From the NCBI GenBank assembly GCA_964016885.1, contig OZ024746.1, forward strand, positions 18,104,001 through 18,168,000: DNA of 64,000 nucleotides. The letters are read 5' to 3'. Under the pieces are notes generated by a model that ran no database searches, had not been told where the DNA came from, and saw only the letters and a list, made by a program, of their open reading frames with translations. Of this stretch, positions 62,452 through 64,000 are shown piece after piece (positions within the stretch are counted from its first letter, which is position 1; each line of letters begins with the position of its first letter). The translations under genes were made by a program, and so were the position numbers. This DNA is from Eledone cirrhosa. Lineage: Eukaryota.

Positions 62452-63914
62452 CAAAGGGGTATATATATATAATTAGACATAGTCACAGATACATATATGA
62501 GTTTGGCAGCCTTTCACGGTGTGGCTCAATATAATCATTAATCAAAGATAATCATTAATCAGAGCTATATATAAAATTGCAAGTCTGAAGAACTATTAGA
62601 TAAAATATATACAGTATTTCCTCAACCAAATAAAAAAAATCATTTAAACGAGGCTATAAGTTTAAAATATAATTATGAAGAAATAATAGACAAATGATAC
62701 AGATTATCTTCCACGATGTACAGCCATATGACATTTATTTAATTATTTCTTTTAGCCTGTAGAAATTGACTAGGCAAATAGTTAACTACACTGAGTTAGG
62801 ATATATATATATATATATATATATATAAGGAATATCAATGGTGACTGTTCACTTTAAAGCTCCACCCCCAACACGGCTTATCTAAACAGTGTTATCTATG
62901 TTTTGATACCCCTCCCTGTTCCAATATTGGGGAAATTTTGAAGTAATCAATCACCATTAATAATTATTATATCAACTGTGTATACTGTATATGTCTTTAA
63001 CTTAGTGCATGTTTTGTGTGTTTATCATATAAATCCCTGAACCAAGTATTGGTGCAACAGGTATAGCCATGGAGATAAGAATAGGTGCTAGCTGTCCATA
63101 TGGTTAAGAAACTGATTTTGTTCCCACATGATCTTAGCTGCAATCCTACCTTGATGAAACCTGGGGAGAAGTGTCTTTCAATATAGTCTCCTGTCGGTTG
63201 GTTTTGCCTGTAAAAACTGTCCAGTGATTCTTTAAAGTTATTTTACTAAATCGCTCCAAATATTTTGATTATTTGAAAATCATACATAGGCAATGTCTTT
63301 CATTAGAAATATGGTAATGAAAGGGGAAACCCACTGCCATTATGGCTTTACACTTCATTCCAGTATTCCCCTGACTTAATAATAGTAACCAGTAGAGTGA
63401 GCTACATTACATTTTCAAAGAGGCAATCATAAACCTGGTCTTTCTTCATAATTTCCTCATAATTAATTTCAACAACTCTGGTATGTTTCACTGCTCTCTT
63501 ATGGAATTGCTGTTATATTTCTAGTAAACTAAATTAATTGCTACTTGCTTTAGATCACATCCAACTGGAAAATCAACCCTCATCCCACTGCCACCCCACC
63601 TCTTCACGTATTTCTTTCTGCTTGCGTCATTCCTTTATTGCTGTCTTCTTATGTTATACAAATTACAGTAATGTCCAATATAACATATCACAGTCAGTCT
63701 AAAATATTCCCAGATTTCCCAGTATTAGTAGTAGAAGATTATTAGGTCACTGTTGAAAGATATAAATAACAGCGGTAGCAGCTGTTGGTTATACTGTGCC
63801 CCACCTTCAAGGAAGTTGTTTAGATATTTATTTATTCATACTTGATTTGGTAGTTGTATTTTCTTAGAGTTTTCTTCTTCTTTTTCTCCCCCCCCCCCTC
63901 CTCATCCTCCACAG

Positions 63915-64000
63915 TACCATTGGGCAACAAGGAACCTACATTCTACATGGTTGTAATCCATGTCATGAGCTTGCACTCCGACCAGGTCCATGTTTGCCAG
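63915..64000 (+). other. possible next exon (runs off window)
   Basis: Pyrimidine tract plus CCACAG acceptor. The phase-1 frame is open (VPLGNKEPTFYMVVIHVMSLHSDQVHVCQ) and compatible with the ATG frame of 60724-60810. No donor seen. Confidence 0.25.

Overview
Eukaryotic, AT-rich, microsatellite-rich and almost entirely intronic or intergenic DNA. The SINE, RTE and microsatellite make-up suggests an octopod cephalopod (inference, no database search). No complete host gene is visible, only a few short candidate exons (41797-41869, 60724-60810, possibly 2787-2882 and 63915 onward on +; 1601-1686 and 901-960 on -) and a CpG-richer first ~2.9 kb. Nearly all long ORFs are retroelement fragments, their antisense shadows, or microsatellite artefacts. 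Mobile elements include at least five RTE-clade LINE lineages (two with a PHD-type finger inside the RT), a Penelope-like RT + GIY-YIG remnant, Vingi/Ingi-like LINE ends, a full-length dead DD37D (maT) transposon, a deleted Helitron, mariner- and piggyBac-type MITEs and three tRNA-derived SINE families. The most notable unannotated signals are: (1) several minimal hammerhead-ribozyme motifs from different Penelope-type families (one canonical, one pair of homologous copies, one split by SINE insertions, one apparently turned into a palindrome); (2) a 144-bp-arm fold-back whose mismatches favour G.U pairs on the minus strand 10:1; (3) near-identical inverted LINE tails bracketing the two best exons, a circRNA/dsRNA-type layout; (4) modular exchange of 3' tails between LINEs and a young SINE. 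All alignments and counts were made by eye, and repeat boundaries are approximate.
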